Source: Takakia lepidozioides
Lineage: Eukaryota; Plantae; Bryophyta
Reading direction: 5' to 3'
Assembly (NCBI GenBank): GCA_030704615.1
Contig: CM060731.1
Span: forward strand, 19,840,001-19,904,000
DNA length: 64,000 nucleotides
In this document: one piece after another, positions 37,996 through 51,515 of the stretch
How positions within the stretch are numbered: the stretch's first letter is position 1
Layout of the letters: each line of letters starts with the position of its first letter
Notes under the pieces: model-generated
What the model saw: the letters and a program-made list of their open reading frames with translations, nothing else
Told to the model about the DNA's origin: nothing
Databases searched by the model: none
Program-made: the position numbers and the translations under genes

Positions 37996-40374
37996 CTAAC
38001 TTTGCCAGGTGACAGCAATGGGACTTTGCACTACATGTGTTCCATCCGTCCATGTCAGATACCCAAACACAGTTTCTGAATCACCAGGGAGGAGATCAAC
38101 ATGTTGAGCAGTCACAGCCAGTGTGTAGGTCTGCTTCTCATTCACTGCACCGAAATCCAACGTCGAAGGCTTCACCACCACTGTCACACCCTTGGGAGCT
38201 GCTACGCTGGCAGTGTACCTTGATTTTGCCTGCCCTACATTAGTCACAGTCCTGGTAAAAGTGGTAGACAGTACTGTCGTTTTGGACTGATCCAAGACAG
38301 CCGAAAATGAGGGGTAATTCAAGTCTCCAGGAAGAACTGCCTTCTCGGGACACTTCGGAACCTCATGGGTGAACACCTGTATGGCATTTGCTGAGAAATT
38401 CAACCCACATAGAAAGTTCACGTAGTCTTGGGAAGTCAGATCATAGACCAAACCTGGCTGAACAGCCTTTTCAGGCTGCACTTGACCAGATCCAAAATCA
38501 AAGGGGCTTGAAAAAGTCCCGGTGGCTTCATCTGTCAGAAGTGCATTGTTGTTGCTAATGACAGAGGCAGTAGTCATGAGAGCAGACTTTATTGCACCTG
38601 GGCTCCAGTCTGGATGCGCTGCCTTCAACAAGACTGCAATCCCACTTACATGGGGGCAAGACATGGAAGTCCCAGAGATGATATTAAAACGCACTCTCCT
38701 GCTGTCAAAGGCCAAGCCCGTGGGGCCAGTATGACCAGTCCAAGCTGCCAGAATATTCACCCCTGGCCCGATCACATCTGGCTTCAAGATCTCGGGGAAA
38801 ATTGGGCTTGGTCCCCGTGAAGAGAAGGAGGCAATCACTGGAGCAGGCTTCACATTGAGCGCAGTTCCCCCAAAATGGATGGTAGCTGTGGGATTTTTAG
38901 TAGAAGCAATGTAAGCCTTGATCGCACTGCCTGCTTTGCTACCCACGTCTGTGCCAGGTAGAATGTGGCTGTCTGCTACCACACCCTCCCCGTCAACGTG
39001 GGTATTAGCCATAATCATCCCCGCCCCTCCAGCCAAAAGCACTACGCCCCCCTTCTCCGTTCTGGCATTTACGCCTCGATCACACAAAACTATCTTCCCA
39101 GCAACAAGTTTCGGATTCAGACTGCCCTCCAAGCATTGGCCGGCGCTGGTAGTATTGACTCCGTTAAGGCCTGCCTTTCCGGCGTAGATAAGAGGGAGAC
39201 TACCGTTTCCCAATCCTTTCCCGCTGTAGAGAGACTGCCCAGAGTATGTAGCCCCATTACCTAAAACTGGATCGGCAGGGAAATCTCTGTCCAGCGTACC
39301 AGCTCCTACAGTAAGCTGCCAGGGGGCAATATTGGAGACGGTAAGAGGACCAGGACCCGAGTTCCCTGCAGAGCAAGACACTAAGACGCCGTGCTTGACT
39401 GCCCCAAAAGATGCAATGGATATAATGTCATTGTAGTTGGGTGTGACACCTCCGCCCACAGAGAGAGAAATCACATCAACCCCATCTGCCACAGCCTGAT
39501 CAAAAGCAGCAAGAATATCTGAGTCGAAGCACCCTGGCGTCCAACACACTTTGTACACAGCGAGTCGAGCCTTTGGAGCCATTCCTCGTGCGGTCCCCTC
39601 AGCAAACCCAAACAGGCTTGCACGATAGACATAACGACCAGCAGCTGTGGATGATGTGTGAGTTCCATGCCCTTCGGAGTCTCTTGCAGACTTATACTCC
39701 ACGGTTTCATTTATCGGACCCACTTCGGCCTCATATCCCTTGTAGTAGTAGCGTGCCCCTATCAGCTTTTTGTTGCACATAGAGGCATTGAAGGCAGTCC
39801 CTGGAACACACGTACCTTTCCAGCGCGAGGGAATTGGCCCCATGCGCTGGTCCGAGAAGCTGTGTCGCTCAGGCCACACGCCAGTGTCCAGGAGCCCCAC
39901 AATGACATCCTCTCCATAGTCGCTGTCAGGCCAAAGACCCTTAGACACATTGAGACGCAGAAACTCTGGCGTGTGCGTGGTGTGGAGCTGCTTCACGGTA
40001 TCAGGGTACAAGCCTATCACTCCAGCCATCTTCTCCATTACAGCAGCTTCATCAGCCGTGAGACGCGCAGAAAATCCATGGAAGACCGTGTCATATGTAT
40101 GGAGAAGGCTGTCAGGTCCAATGGCGCTCAACTGGGTCAAAGACTGAACCCCCCCAAACTTCACCGACTGAAGAACAGATGTGTACCACCCAACATGGGT
40201 AGCAAAAATGCTGGGCAATTCACTCTTTGCCATCTGCACAATGTATGTTCTCCCCCTGCTAGAATCAAGCTGTAAGGACCCAGTAAGGCCCCCAACAACA
40301 AGGCAAGCTAGAAAACACGCCCACAATGTGCACCCTGCCATCTCTAATCTTCCCAGCGACTTACGCAAACCCAT
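37996..40374 (-). CDS. Subtilisin-like serine protease (S8, SBT1 clade), intronless
   Basis: Signal peptide, I9 prodomain (TYIV, LHTYDTVFHGFSARL), TTHTPEFL maturation site, catalytic LDTG / GHGTHT / SGTSMSCPHVSG, PA domain and FnIII-like tail. The start may instead be the later Met (MAGCTLW). Confidence 0.96.
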   Translation of the reverse strand: MGLRKSLGRLEMAGCTLWACFLACLVVGGLTGSLQLDSSRGRTYIVQMAKSELPSIFATHVGWYTSVLQSVKFGGVQSLTQLSAIGPDSLLHTYDTVFHGFSARLTADEAAVMEKMAGVIGLYPDTVKQLHTTHTPEFLRLNVSKGLWPDSDYGEDVIVGLLDTGVWPERHSFSDQRMGPIPSRWKGTCVPGTAFNASMCNKKLIGARYYYKGYEAEVGPINETVEYKSARDSEGHGTHTSSTAAGRYVYRASLFGFAEGTARGMAPKARLAVYKVCWTPGCFDSDILAAFDQAVADGVDVISLSVGGGVTPNYNDIISIASFGAVKHGVLVSCSAGNSGPGPLTVSNIAPWQLTVGAGTLDRDFPADPVLGNGATYSGQSLYSGKGLGNGSLPLIYAGKAGLNGVNTTSAGQCLEGSLNPKLVAGKIVLCDRGVNARTEKGGVVLLAGGAGMIMANTHVDGEGVVADSHILPGTDVGSKAGSAIKAYIASTKNPTATIHFGGTALNVKPAPVIASFSSRGPSPIFPEILKPDVIGPGVNILAAWTGHTGPTGLAFDSRRVRFNIISGTSMSCPHVSGIAVLLKAAHPDWSPGAIKSALMTTASVISNNNALLTDEATGTFSSPFDFGSGQVQPEKAVQPGLVYDLTSQDYVNFLCGLNFSANAIQVFTHEVPKCPEKAVLPGDLNYPSFSAVLDQSKTTVLSTTFTRTVTNVGQAKSRYTASVAAPKGVTVVVKPSTLDFGAVNEKQTYTLAVTAQHVDLLPGDSETVFGYLTWTDGTHVVQSPIAVTWQS

Positions 40375-41527
40375 CACTCCCAGATGGAGGCCGAGCTACC
40401 GCCACCAAATCGACAACTCGGGGCCCTACCCCAACAGACGTGCTACCGCTCCTCCACCTCCTGCTAAAGGGGCACAGACCTTCCCAAATGCCCACTCTCT
40501 CTAGGTAATAGGTAAGTCCCTTTTATCTCACAAGCCTCCTCTCTCGCAGGCTTCCCTCGGGACTCTCGACCACCGTCTTTTGCACCGTCTTTCTTCTATC
40601 TATCGAGCTGTCCTCGTCGCTACCGCCCCTATTCTATCATTAGAGCTGTCCACCTTGAGGTCGGAACCCATTTAAGGCGAGCAGATTAGCGATTCAATTA
40701 CCACCGACCAAAGAGAGAAGTCCCTCGTTCTCCACTTCCACAACTGGCAGGGTCGGTGTCACCTTCAATCTACCCAGAGGGAAGTGAGTCAAGCTCCTCT
40801 ACCGATCTGTTATCTCACCTACCTGTGGGTCGTAATAAAAAGTTGAGAACGGTTTACAAGTCAGATTGCACACTACAACTGCTGCGGAACATCCCCCCCC
40901 CCCCCGCTCAGTTGGGTAGGTGGCTTGGGAATGAGAGACGGCCACGAATGGATGTGCGGTGCAGTGCAGTGTGGATGACCCACAGCAGCGCCCTTGCTTA
41001 TCTGCTGCCGATGCTCTCCTATTTATCACAAAAGCATCCCCGTTCCCATCTCCCTATTGATAGTTCCCATTGATCCGTTAGTTTAGCATACCGCGTAGTT
41101 CCTTCCGCTATACTCTCGGTAGACAGCCGGCGATGTAGTCGGCTCATCTCCCGGCTCAGCCGTTTCTATTGCTAGCTGGCAGAATCGGCTCTCCAGCCCC
41201 ATGTCCACTGGGAGCATTCCCCATTGATCAGATACTCATCCAGAGTGCGACAGACTTGATGTGGCCCTCCATTGACCACATTGACCAGTGATGGAGCCTC
41301 AGGCCAAAAAGCGTTCTGATATACTTTTCTTCACTGACACCATCCCCACCTCTTTCAATCTCATGAGACCCGCTCTTCATCCGAGAACGAGGGGGTAAGG
41401 CCGTGGAGTGTGTGATCGGTGTGAAGCGTGTGACTCAGTTCGGCAAATGCGGGGGATGATCCCATAAAAATGGCGGAGAAGGTGACGAGGGTCGTCGTAT
41501 AGGTGCACAGCTGGTCAGCTTTTAGGT

Positions 41528-41642
41528 GTAGGGTAATGCCCTGAGTGGAGGGCACGGATTTAAGGGCCTGACCCCGAGGGCGGTAGCCCCAGGGGAAGGC
41601 CCGAAAATCCGGGAGTGCCCGACACGAGGGGCATTACCCTAC
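41528..41642. repeat. 115-bp nested imperfect palindrome
   Basis: Perfect 14-bp outer arms GTAGGGTAATGCCC / GGGCATTACCCTAC. Inner pairs GGGCAC/GTGCCC, CGGATTT/AAATCCG and GGGCCT/AGGCCC. Confidence 0.85.
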
Positions 41643-42678
41643 GTAAAGAAATGGGATGATTTTCTTATCTTTTCATCCTTCCTTTATGCTTTCTCCCCGC
41701 CAGTAGCTTGCCGTGGAAAAAAATATCTTTGAGGTAAAGATAAAGAAATATCGCAGGTGTGCATTACACTCGTGTGGGTAATCATTGGGCGGGCTCTTAC
41801 GCTGGATAACGCGCAGAAATTTACAAAGAGAAATCAGCCCTAGTTCCTTTCGTAGGAATGCCAGCGGTAGGCGACATGACCTCACACCTTGCCCCAATGG
41901 AGGACCCAACAATCCGCTGACAAGCTTCCTGGAAAGCATTTTTCGTGCTTGCTTCCGCCGCATGTTTTTGGGGAAGGGATGATATACCTCATATTGCGTT
42001 TGGAAGTCCCTCGGGTCCAGTCTTCCCCTACAAAACATCCCCAAGCTGCGGGTCTACGAGCAGTCAATCCTTCTGCCCATCCCTTCCGCAAGACTGCCGT
42101 CCACGATGTTTTAACTTAAGCGTTTTGTTTCCCGGTCCAACCACATCTGCTTCATATCTACTTGGACCCGAGTTGCACGCGTTACAACAATTTCAAGTTC
42201 ACATGACCACGGTGAGGACTTTGCAAATCCAAGTCTGCGCAGTTCGAGACGAAGGCAGTGAGAGTAATAGACCGAGATGGTCATTGTTTTTGTTTATTAT
42301 TTCGAGGAGCAACTGTGATCTAACTCTGAACATTACAAGTAGCCAGTCTTTACAGAATGCAAGCTACAACCAGAGGAACAGGCTTCTCCGTTGGTGATTA
42401 AGAAAACACTTCATATGAAGTATCTGGATTTTAAATACAGTTTCTCAACGTTCTATTCTTCAAGACAGCAGCTGTGCAACCACCATAGCCACACCACATA
42501 TGTGCAAACTACTTGTCCGGCAGAACAAGAGAGGCCCTGCAAGAGAACTAGATTACAGTGAGGAGAAGAGACTTGAAGCCGTAATTTCAGATCCCAGATC
42601 TCAGTTTGGATGTTAGGAAGAAGAGAGGGACAAAAAGACTGGAAAAAAGACGAGACAAGACAGAGCAGGAGTTCAATC

Positions 42679-45600
42679 CTACTTCTTCAAAGCTTCCAAT
42701 ATCAACTCAGACAGAGAACCGATGTTGGTGGTGACCATGTTGGGACTCTCCGTGGGAGCAACATCACCCCTGTCGTAGTTGCCACCGACCCGCAACTTCA
42801 TCTCAGACCCACCTTTCACAACTTCTTGCACTATGACTGTTTTGTGAGTACCAGACAACAGCTCCTCATAATCAGTGTCCCCAGTCTCGCCAACAACCAC
42901 AAACATGTTAGCCACATCCACATTCCACCTCGCAAAGAAATACCTGCACAATTTCCAGCACCCTTAATCATCAACTTACTCCATGTAGACACAGAACATT
43001 GCTTGCAACCCCTCCTACTAAGAAGGTGTGCCGCCAGCCATTGTTGCCAATTACTGCCTGGAATAAACTGTGGCTTTCCTCAGTCAACGAAATACTGCAG
43101 GTTCTAGAGAAAGATAAAGGTCTAGAGAAAGGTATCGATCATTTTTATGAACCTACTTAGGCTTCATGTACAAAGTGTCTAACTTCTGAGGGCAGGAACA
43201 CAAAACTTGCTAGTTTATCTCAGCCACCAACATTTGCAAGGATGTCGTCTGAGAGGAAAGACCAGCATACCGGAGGGCCTGTGACCGAGAAGCCAGCAAG
43301 GGCAGGACATGTAGCTTGGTTGCATTCTGACAATACATCACATGACACCGCAAACCCCTCATTCGCAATCGCTGTCTCAACTGATCAACCGCTGGAGCCT
43401 AACCAGCCACCCACACAAGCCCAACAGCTTATCAAGAGCAGCTCAAGACCAGTCTACTTCGAAACTCTTGCCTTGCATCAAAGAAAACATACCCACCAAG
43501 AATTCGAGGACCACCAGATGTCCCTCTGGTAAGTAGCAGCTGAAGTATAGCAATGATCTACTCAGCATCCAACAAACATAACAACCACTCTGATGAATTA
43601 AGACTAAAGTCTAAAGACAGTCGAGTGGCATACAATATCAGGGTTGCGGACATGGTATGCAAGGCAGTGTGAGTTGCAAGATTGCTCGTCTTCAACTAAA
43701 ATGCGCTCTAATTTGATCTCGGACTTCTCTCCATCAGGGGCAGTTAATCGGGCCATGGTCTTACGAAGGCCTTCATAACCCCAGCGATAATCAATGTGGG
43801 CCTGGTAGTCAGCATCAGCATGCAGGTCAAATTCTGTACTGGAGTCGTCACTGGTGGATGACCCTGCAGGATAGTACAGCTCACTCCCACTGCTGCATAT
43901 CAGCGCATCAAATTCGTTGGGGGAGAGGCCGCTGGATTTCAACATTGACACTATTTCAGAGACCGTGAGGGCTGAGGAGATGATGCAACCTGTCGACTGT
44001 GGAGCCGTTCGAACAGTTTTGACGACATCTTGAATCAATCGAATCAGTTGCTCACTAGGCTTCTCTGATGAAGCATCATAGCTATCCACTGCAATGACCA
44101 CCAGTCTTCTTCTCTTCTTCAACATTGGCACTTTTGATGACAGATTCAAAGAAGTCTGCGTTCCCAAAGGTTTCTTTGGATCAGATCCAACTTCCTCCAG
44201 AGTCCTGTCCAACCGCCCACTTTGGGTTCGCCTAGCCAGCATCTGCTTCACTTCCTCACCATTAACATTTTTCCCACTACCAATGCTATTGAGACTCCGC
44301 AGAGCTTTCTCAAAGTCCCCAACTTTTTCTCCATCAACAGACAGGCGAAGTGAGATGTCACGGACATCACGCAATGAGTCTCCCTGGGAATCTACATCTT
44401 CTTTTCCATCTGCTGATGGTTCAGTTTGCCACTGCGGATGTCGCATCCTGCACAATGCAATTCGAGACAAGTATGTACGACAGTGCTCAGGCCAAGAGAA
44501 TAGGTGAATGTTTTTCAGCCCGTTTTTTCGGCAAACATTCCAGAGCTTCCGATCAACCACCAGCTTAAGCAAGGCATCTGCAATCTCCTTTTCCTTGTGT
44601 GGGTCTATCAACAGACCATTGGTAAGTGCCTGCAATAAGACAAACACCTGATTAATATAGACCACAATGGGAGAGACAGGAGGAAAGCAAAAGAGTGATT
44701 AGTAAAAAGTCTTCCATAAGTGAAACCTTGTACCCATATGTACCACACAGATTGGCGGAGGGGAGCAGAATAGCAGCACTATCATCACCGGAAACTTGCA
44801 CCAATAGAGAGAGACAGTCTTGGTAACAAAGTGAAAACAGAACATCATTTCTCTTTCTTCCACTCCACATGATCGGAGATACTGGGAAGTTATGGTAGAA
44901 TCTTAGAAATACTTAATCCTTGCAGAGGTCTTCACTTAGTGAAGTCACAAAGTGCTTACTTACCTGCCTGAGGCACTCGGTCTCTGTGCAATAATTGGGG
45001 TTGGCTTTGTTTTTGTTCCTTTTCTTGTTCTACTGTCCCTAAAGCCCTCTGGGCCTTCCATTGAGATCACAAATTTTTTCTTCCTCTTGTCGTCCAGAAA
45101 AATCTCCATAACAATGTCACTCCAAGTGAAAATCCACTGCAGAGTGAGACCCAAAGAGGATTTCGGCTTGGTTCCAGTGACTGCGTAAATTGCCAACATC
45201 GGAATGCATTTCAAGTTCACCATTTAACATGCCTAAGGATACGCTTTAAATTTTCAGGGGGACAATTTCATGACTGCAGAAGAACATGCCAGAAATTCAG
45301 GTAAGGAGTGGGTTGAGAGGACATAGCTGGTGAGGAACCATCAGAAAGTGGGAAGCGTTACTGAAGAAGAGAAGAGAAGGCAACACCAACAAATATGCAC
45401 CTCAACTGGATTGATAGAACTAAGGAGAAACAAACCTTCTGAATGTCCACAGGGCCTCCATTCTTGGTAGCCACCATTGGTAATCCATGCGCTGCAGCCT
45501 GTCCAAATGCCAATATTCACCTCATTAGCAAGCCTGCAAATTTCAAAAGCAAGAAAGAAATGAAATCCGTCTTTGAAGTAGATGTGAGTCGAAGTTAGTA

Positions 45601-48600
45601 TCTTAAAAGAATGCACACGGAGCCATGACTCTCGGATATCCATTGAAGGTTCTTGCAATAGCTTACTTCAGTGAGCTCCAGCACCATTTGATTGCATACC
45701 CAATAACATTCCATCTGCAGGGGGACTTCAGAACAGAAATTTCCAATTGCTTGGCCACTTTTGATATGGCCAGACTCCTCTAATCGTTAGTCTGGCTATA
45801 CGGTTTGTCACCATCATGTGTAGGAACCACATCCATGTTTCTTACATTGTGGCAGAGCCACAACCCAGACTATATTCTGCCCACAAGAAAGCAACACCAG
45901 TGAAGTGACACAAAAGCAAAATGCAGTAAACATTGTGTTTGCTGTGTACCTCAATAAGTGTGAGACCAAATGGCTCCACCAGGGCGGGGTTGATGAAAAC
46001 ACCCTGCAAGTTTCATCACATATTTCAGACGTAAAGTGGTGATCATACCAAAGGACCTTCGACCATCATGAATGCTGGAAGTTGTACATAAATAGCATCT
46101 GTACCAACCACTCAACATTCACAGCATTCAAAGGCTGTAGTGGAGATAAGACACAGCAGCTATCATCATGAATTCCTACCTGACAAAGTTCACTCGTAAT
46201 GTTTGTCCATTATATTGAGCCTAGCATATCTGTAACTGAGACAGGCACTTCCTAAACTGTTTCTACAACAACTGTTCCAGAAAATAGCATTCCCACATAA
46301 CTATGCCCACACCCCATCTTATTCTAACCAAAGATGGACCTAACAATGAAGTGCACAAACCTTTGTCTTGGCTGCAAGCCGGTAGATATCAGGCACATCT
46401 GACTGCTTGTGGTGCTTAGGGTAAGCCACTTGTCCATAAAGGTTGTACTTATCAATCAGCTTCAGTACTGTGGTAAGTACAGTTGCACTACCTCCGGTCA
46501 TATCATCTATGTCGTCGCGGTTTCCCATGATTAGTGTCTGCATTCACATGAATTCCACCAAGTGTGGATGAGTGACAGACAACAGCTTCTAAACAGCAGC
46601 TGTACGTCAATGAGAGCGGGTAAAACAAGAAAGAACGTCACAGTTGCACTGCTTCCAGTCATATCATCTATGTCGTCGCAGTTTCCCATGATCAATGTCT
46701 GCATTCACATGAATCAACTCCACTGAGAGTTGATGAGTTACAGCTAACAACTACTAAACAGCAGCTTTAGGTAGTACATGTATGAGGGTGAGAGAAAAAA
46801 GAAAGAACAAAACAATCTACGAACAAAAGACCACAGAATGAACAGAACCCGTGGGCCTCCAAGAGCAACCATCAGAGGGAGAGTATACCAAATTGGCCAA
46901 TTCCCGCAAGGGCCTGCACTCTCCAAAAGCCTTCAACAGAGTGGTTATATTCTTCTTGGGATCCGGACGGGCTAATGCCAAAATCATTGGCTTGTGAGGG
47001 TTGCTGAAAAACCGCATGATCTGATCCCAAAACCAGCAATACATGGCACCAAATTGAAATTGTCAAGTTGCACTGCAGGATTTCAATAAAGCTTGCAGCT
47101 TCCTAATGTCTATGCGTATGACAAGTTTCTAGCAAACCTGTCTATGCATACATGTCTCATTCTACCTTCAGTTCTTTATAAACAGTGGCCACTAATTTTC
47201 AACCCGTCCTCATCGTACACAATTAACCACCACCGAAGGTGTAAGTTTTCATGCATAAATACAGGCTAATGACCAAATGCTCCATACTAATAACATGTGC
47301 GTAATGGCAAAGCATCACCAATGGTACATCATCTCAGTGCGTAGTCAACTCAATAACAGGTCAGAAGTAATACCACATCCCAGATAGGTGGTGGTGGCTT
47401 CGCACGGGGGGAGACGGGCACTGCGACTGAAGCGTCTGCAGTTGTAAAAGCAATCGAATCCACGTCATCCATGATGTCACCAGCATCTTGCACCACAACA
47501 TTGCTAAAGTCCATGCCTGGCGGTATCACCTACAACCAAATTGGTATTAGATACTCAGCTGATCTAACCGTCCCACCAACTAAGTATTGCTTAGTCACTG
47601 AGCAGTCAGACGCACATTACAGCCAGCACAGAACCACGATAAGTCAACCCAGCTCCAAACTTTTTAATCAAGAAATCTTGAGGCATCACAAGGAATGACA
47701 ACATCATCATAGAGGCCATTATTACAACAAAAGACATTTGAAGCCTGTGCTGATTGTAAAAACAAGAACTGGACTAAAACTGGCAAATGTAGCAGTGTCT
47801 GTTCCTGGATCAGCAAGTCAAACATGCCTGGTGCCACATAAATGGACAAGAACTGGAATGCTTAGGTCCAGTCCCTCTGTCTGATGACATGTTATAAACT
47901 CTGAATATGTATGTGAAATATCGGCCAAAAGACGTCAGTCTGGAGATTCTCGCTTACCAATATGCCTAGATAGAAGGTAAAAAGGACTGTCATGTATTTT
48001 TCCTATATTTACTCAGCAGAATCTCCAAGTAAAGACAAGGAGCGCCTCCTGAAGAATAGGGAGAGGAATACGCACCACCATGCGAGGCATGAAGCGGCCA
48101 TGACAGCTTACACCACGGCGCGCTCGTGCCCGCAATACTCTTTCCAACTTGACATCAAATCCATCATATAGGCCCCATTGTTCATCAATCTCTTGCTTGG
48201 TACTAGTAATCACTAATTCCGCAGTATCCAGTGAAAGTTCCTCAGCCTCGATTCGTCGCATGATTTTATACACGGCATTGATATCCTCTTTTGACTGGCG
48301 GCCCTGCTTGAGTAACTGCTCCAGCTTGTTACGGCCCAAGGAATGCCCAGTCAACACCATGGGCACATTCAAAGAGCCGGAAAGCAACGATGCAATATCA
48401 CCAGCGTCAGCATAGTGACCATGAATAACATGTGGCCATACAGGATCCCCACCTGCTATCTGATCACCCAGAACTTTAGCCATGTTGAGGATGTGAGAAA
48501 GGGCCCCATCCACAAACTCCTGAATGTGGGGCCAGAGCAGCTCCTTCCGAAGATATTGGTCCCTGCGATGCCCAACAAGTCTTTTGTCAAAAATGATGTC

Positions 48601-51515
48601 CAGAGAAAGAGAGACAGGAACATCTTACTTTCAAAGACCAAGATGAAGGATTAGACAAACAGACGAGAAAAGTCAGGGTCAACCATCTTGAACATTCAAG
48701 GAAGGTAGAGATGGTGACATTGAGAAAGATACAGACACAAGCAATAATGAAATTTGCAAACATAAAAGTGAATAAACCAATATCACTAGTGAGAAGGCTT
48801 GTGCCTTGGTCCACAAGGAATTCGCACGATGTATGCACCATTGCTCTCTCCCACTTCTTCTTCGTCAAAATAAGAACTTGAGCTCAACATTTCAGTGGGT
48901 TCCCCATAGCTCCAATCCACATTGGGGCAACAAATCTGACGGGTCAAAAGATCCACGCGGTACACTTCAGGCATCATTGCAAGTGCCCTGGCAAACTCCA
49001 CTACATATTTCACCTGTTCCCACCTCAGACCACATTTTACAAGGTGTTAGTGGGAAAGATGTGACTGAGGGGGAGGAAAAGTAGCTGTTGGCCATTCACC
49101 TTGAACAAACAGATAGGTAGGCTATGCCAGGAATAAGTAGCACATTGGTCATGGACAGGCTGTGTTATCTACTTCATATAAAAGCTGAAGGCCATACAAG
49201 GGTCAGCGAAAGAAAGAAAAAACGCTAGTACCTACCTGCCAGTCAGGAAAGAATAAACTACATGTAATCTATGCAGTTCCCAAGATGTTATTTATCAAAC
49301 CAACCTGTCCTCCCGTGTCAGAGTCTCGACCAAGCTCCATGTTATCTCCGCGCACAAGGCCATGTAAACTGCAGTCGGAAAGCATGTCCATGCATGGTCA
49401 CTGACATGACTTAAGGTCCATTGGAGCAGATAACATGTTGCAGTATCTCACAGAAATGGAAGACAATACAGAAATCTGAAATGCTGTGAATTTAGCACAA
49501 ACCTGATCAAAACCATGTACAACCGCCGTGGCACATGCTCATCCGGTTTTTCTGGGGCAGTGGCCACATTATCAACAAGTGAAATTGAAGGGCTGCCCTC
49601 ACTACGGGGTATAGGCTCGATGGTGCTCTCTGGTTTCTCTTTCTCCCCCTCTGACAAATCTTCAGACATGTCCTCAGTGGCATCTCGCCTTCCTTGCTCC
49701 AGCTCCATGTGGCGACGTGCCAACCTCCGAGCATCTTCCCACTCAATCTGTGACATAGAATGTAAGCAGTATCATGCTGTTAGAAGGATTCCTGCACAGA
49801 GAATGGTGACATATGCGCTCATAAGCTGCCTCAAAGTGCACATCAACAGCATCAGCTTAATTACAACCGTGTATGGCTGCGGAGCTGTTCTATCTTTGGC
49901 AACCGCATTGGGACGTCAGGCTGAGGTATAGGTGGGCTTCCAATACAGATGTTCTCACTTCAGTAATAAGCTTTTGAGTGCAGCAATGGAACTTGAAGGA
50001 CACTACATACAACATCAATGGACTGCAGGTAGACGTTATCCCTTCTAAATGCATTTACCAGATTTTTGCAGAGTAAAAGGCTCCATCTCTGCTGCAAGTA
50101 GTAAGAAACACCTTCAAATCTATTGGTTTTCGAAGAGACGAGCATTCTCAATTCAGCTCCTCTGGGAAACCATTCTACTTCAATGACAGGCAGAGGAGGA
50201 GCACACCAATCGCTTCTTGCGAGCAATATGCCAAATTCGCCAACACAAGGATTCCATCCGAAGACTGCGCTCTTGTGAACTCCTCGTGGCTGAAGCCTGC
50301 CAACAATCCGATGTATCCAGTAGTATCAACTTGGGTAATAGGAGATAGACTTTTCATCAAAACACCCCACCACCTCAGCTGCCAGGCAGCTCCTAATACC
50401 AATACTAGTGCATAACCACCACTGGCAGAACAGCCTGTGTGATGTGTGCAAGGTGGACTACTCATAGTCACTGCATTTTAATTCACATAATGCATATTGC
50501 AATTCTGGTTGCTTATGAGTCATTACTCAAATGTATCCTTAAACACCTGGTTCAGTAAAGGACTTTCTTCAGTCTGTGAGTGTGGAAACCACTTCGACTG
50601 CTAAGTTTCACTACTGAAGGGCTGGCTGCCAAGCTGAAATTGACAGAATTTTCATGGGTTTTCCAGCATGCGGTTGACCATTAGAGAGGCAAACGATCAT
50701 TCGGGCAGCAGGAGTGCAACCATTTTGCTCTGAATGTGGCTACCACCTATGGGACATTCATCGATCAGAGATTTTCCCAGGGAACTCCCACACATGGGCC
50801 TCCAAAGCTTGCCCATGAGCCATACTCCACTTCCAACACCAGCATTTCAGCATCCACATGTGAGTCTGTTGTCAACTTGACATTATCGGGTAAGGGTTCA
50901 CAAAAACACACGTGCTCTGGCTCTCTCCTGATACAAGCTGGTGGGTCAGTAGCGGCTCCGGAATCACCTCATGCTTTCTAGTATCAGTGCTAGCCTAACA
51001 CTCAATCCTCTAGGATTCCCTTCACCCGGTATGCCAATTTCAGACTGAATTTCTTAAACCCTGGTGAACGGAAACCGGACGAAAGCATGCGTTAGTATCC
51101 CGCGGGGCCTACGCCCGGAAAGGTAGGTCATGACCAAGCTTCGGAGAGAGCAGCTACTGTGCACATGTAATTTTCTTCCACGAGTCCCTCTTTTCGAAAG
51201 AAAGGCTGTCAACTTCCTTGGGTCTGACTTCTGGACTCACCGCATCACATACACGCTTTAATGAAGAACTCCATCCAGAAAATCTGGACAGTACGCAAAT
51301 ACAAGTCCGAATGGGTACTCCAGAGTCCAGCGGGGAAATAAGTATACCTTTATCCATGTGCGGTAAAGTGCGGTTTCGTCAAATCCCGTGACACCCTCCA
51401 CAAAGTACTTGGCAGCCTTGAAGTCCTCTCTGAGATGATGGCGATGATCATCGATTCTTTCTCCCGTATCCAAAATTGCTTCAAGGTAGCTATTTATCCA
51501 CTCGTTTCCTGCCAT
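42679..51515 (-). CDS. SPS: Sucrose-phosphate synthase, about 14 exons
   Basis: Starts [16 protein letters not shown] at 51515. Contains [84 protein letters not shown] and LRMRGLRCH, ending [14 protein letters not shown]...LKK*. Confidence 0.97.

Noticed and set aside
39658-40275. 205-aa plus-strand ORF and other antisense ORFs over the subtilase and SPS
   Set aside because: Shadows of the real coding strand with no recognisable motifs.
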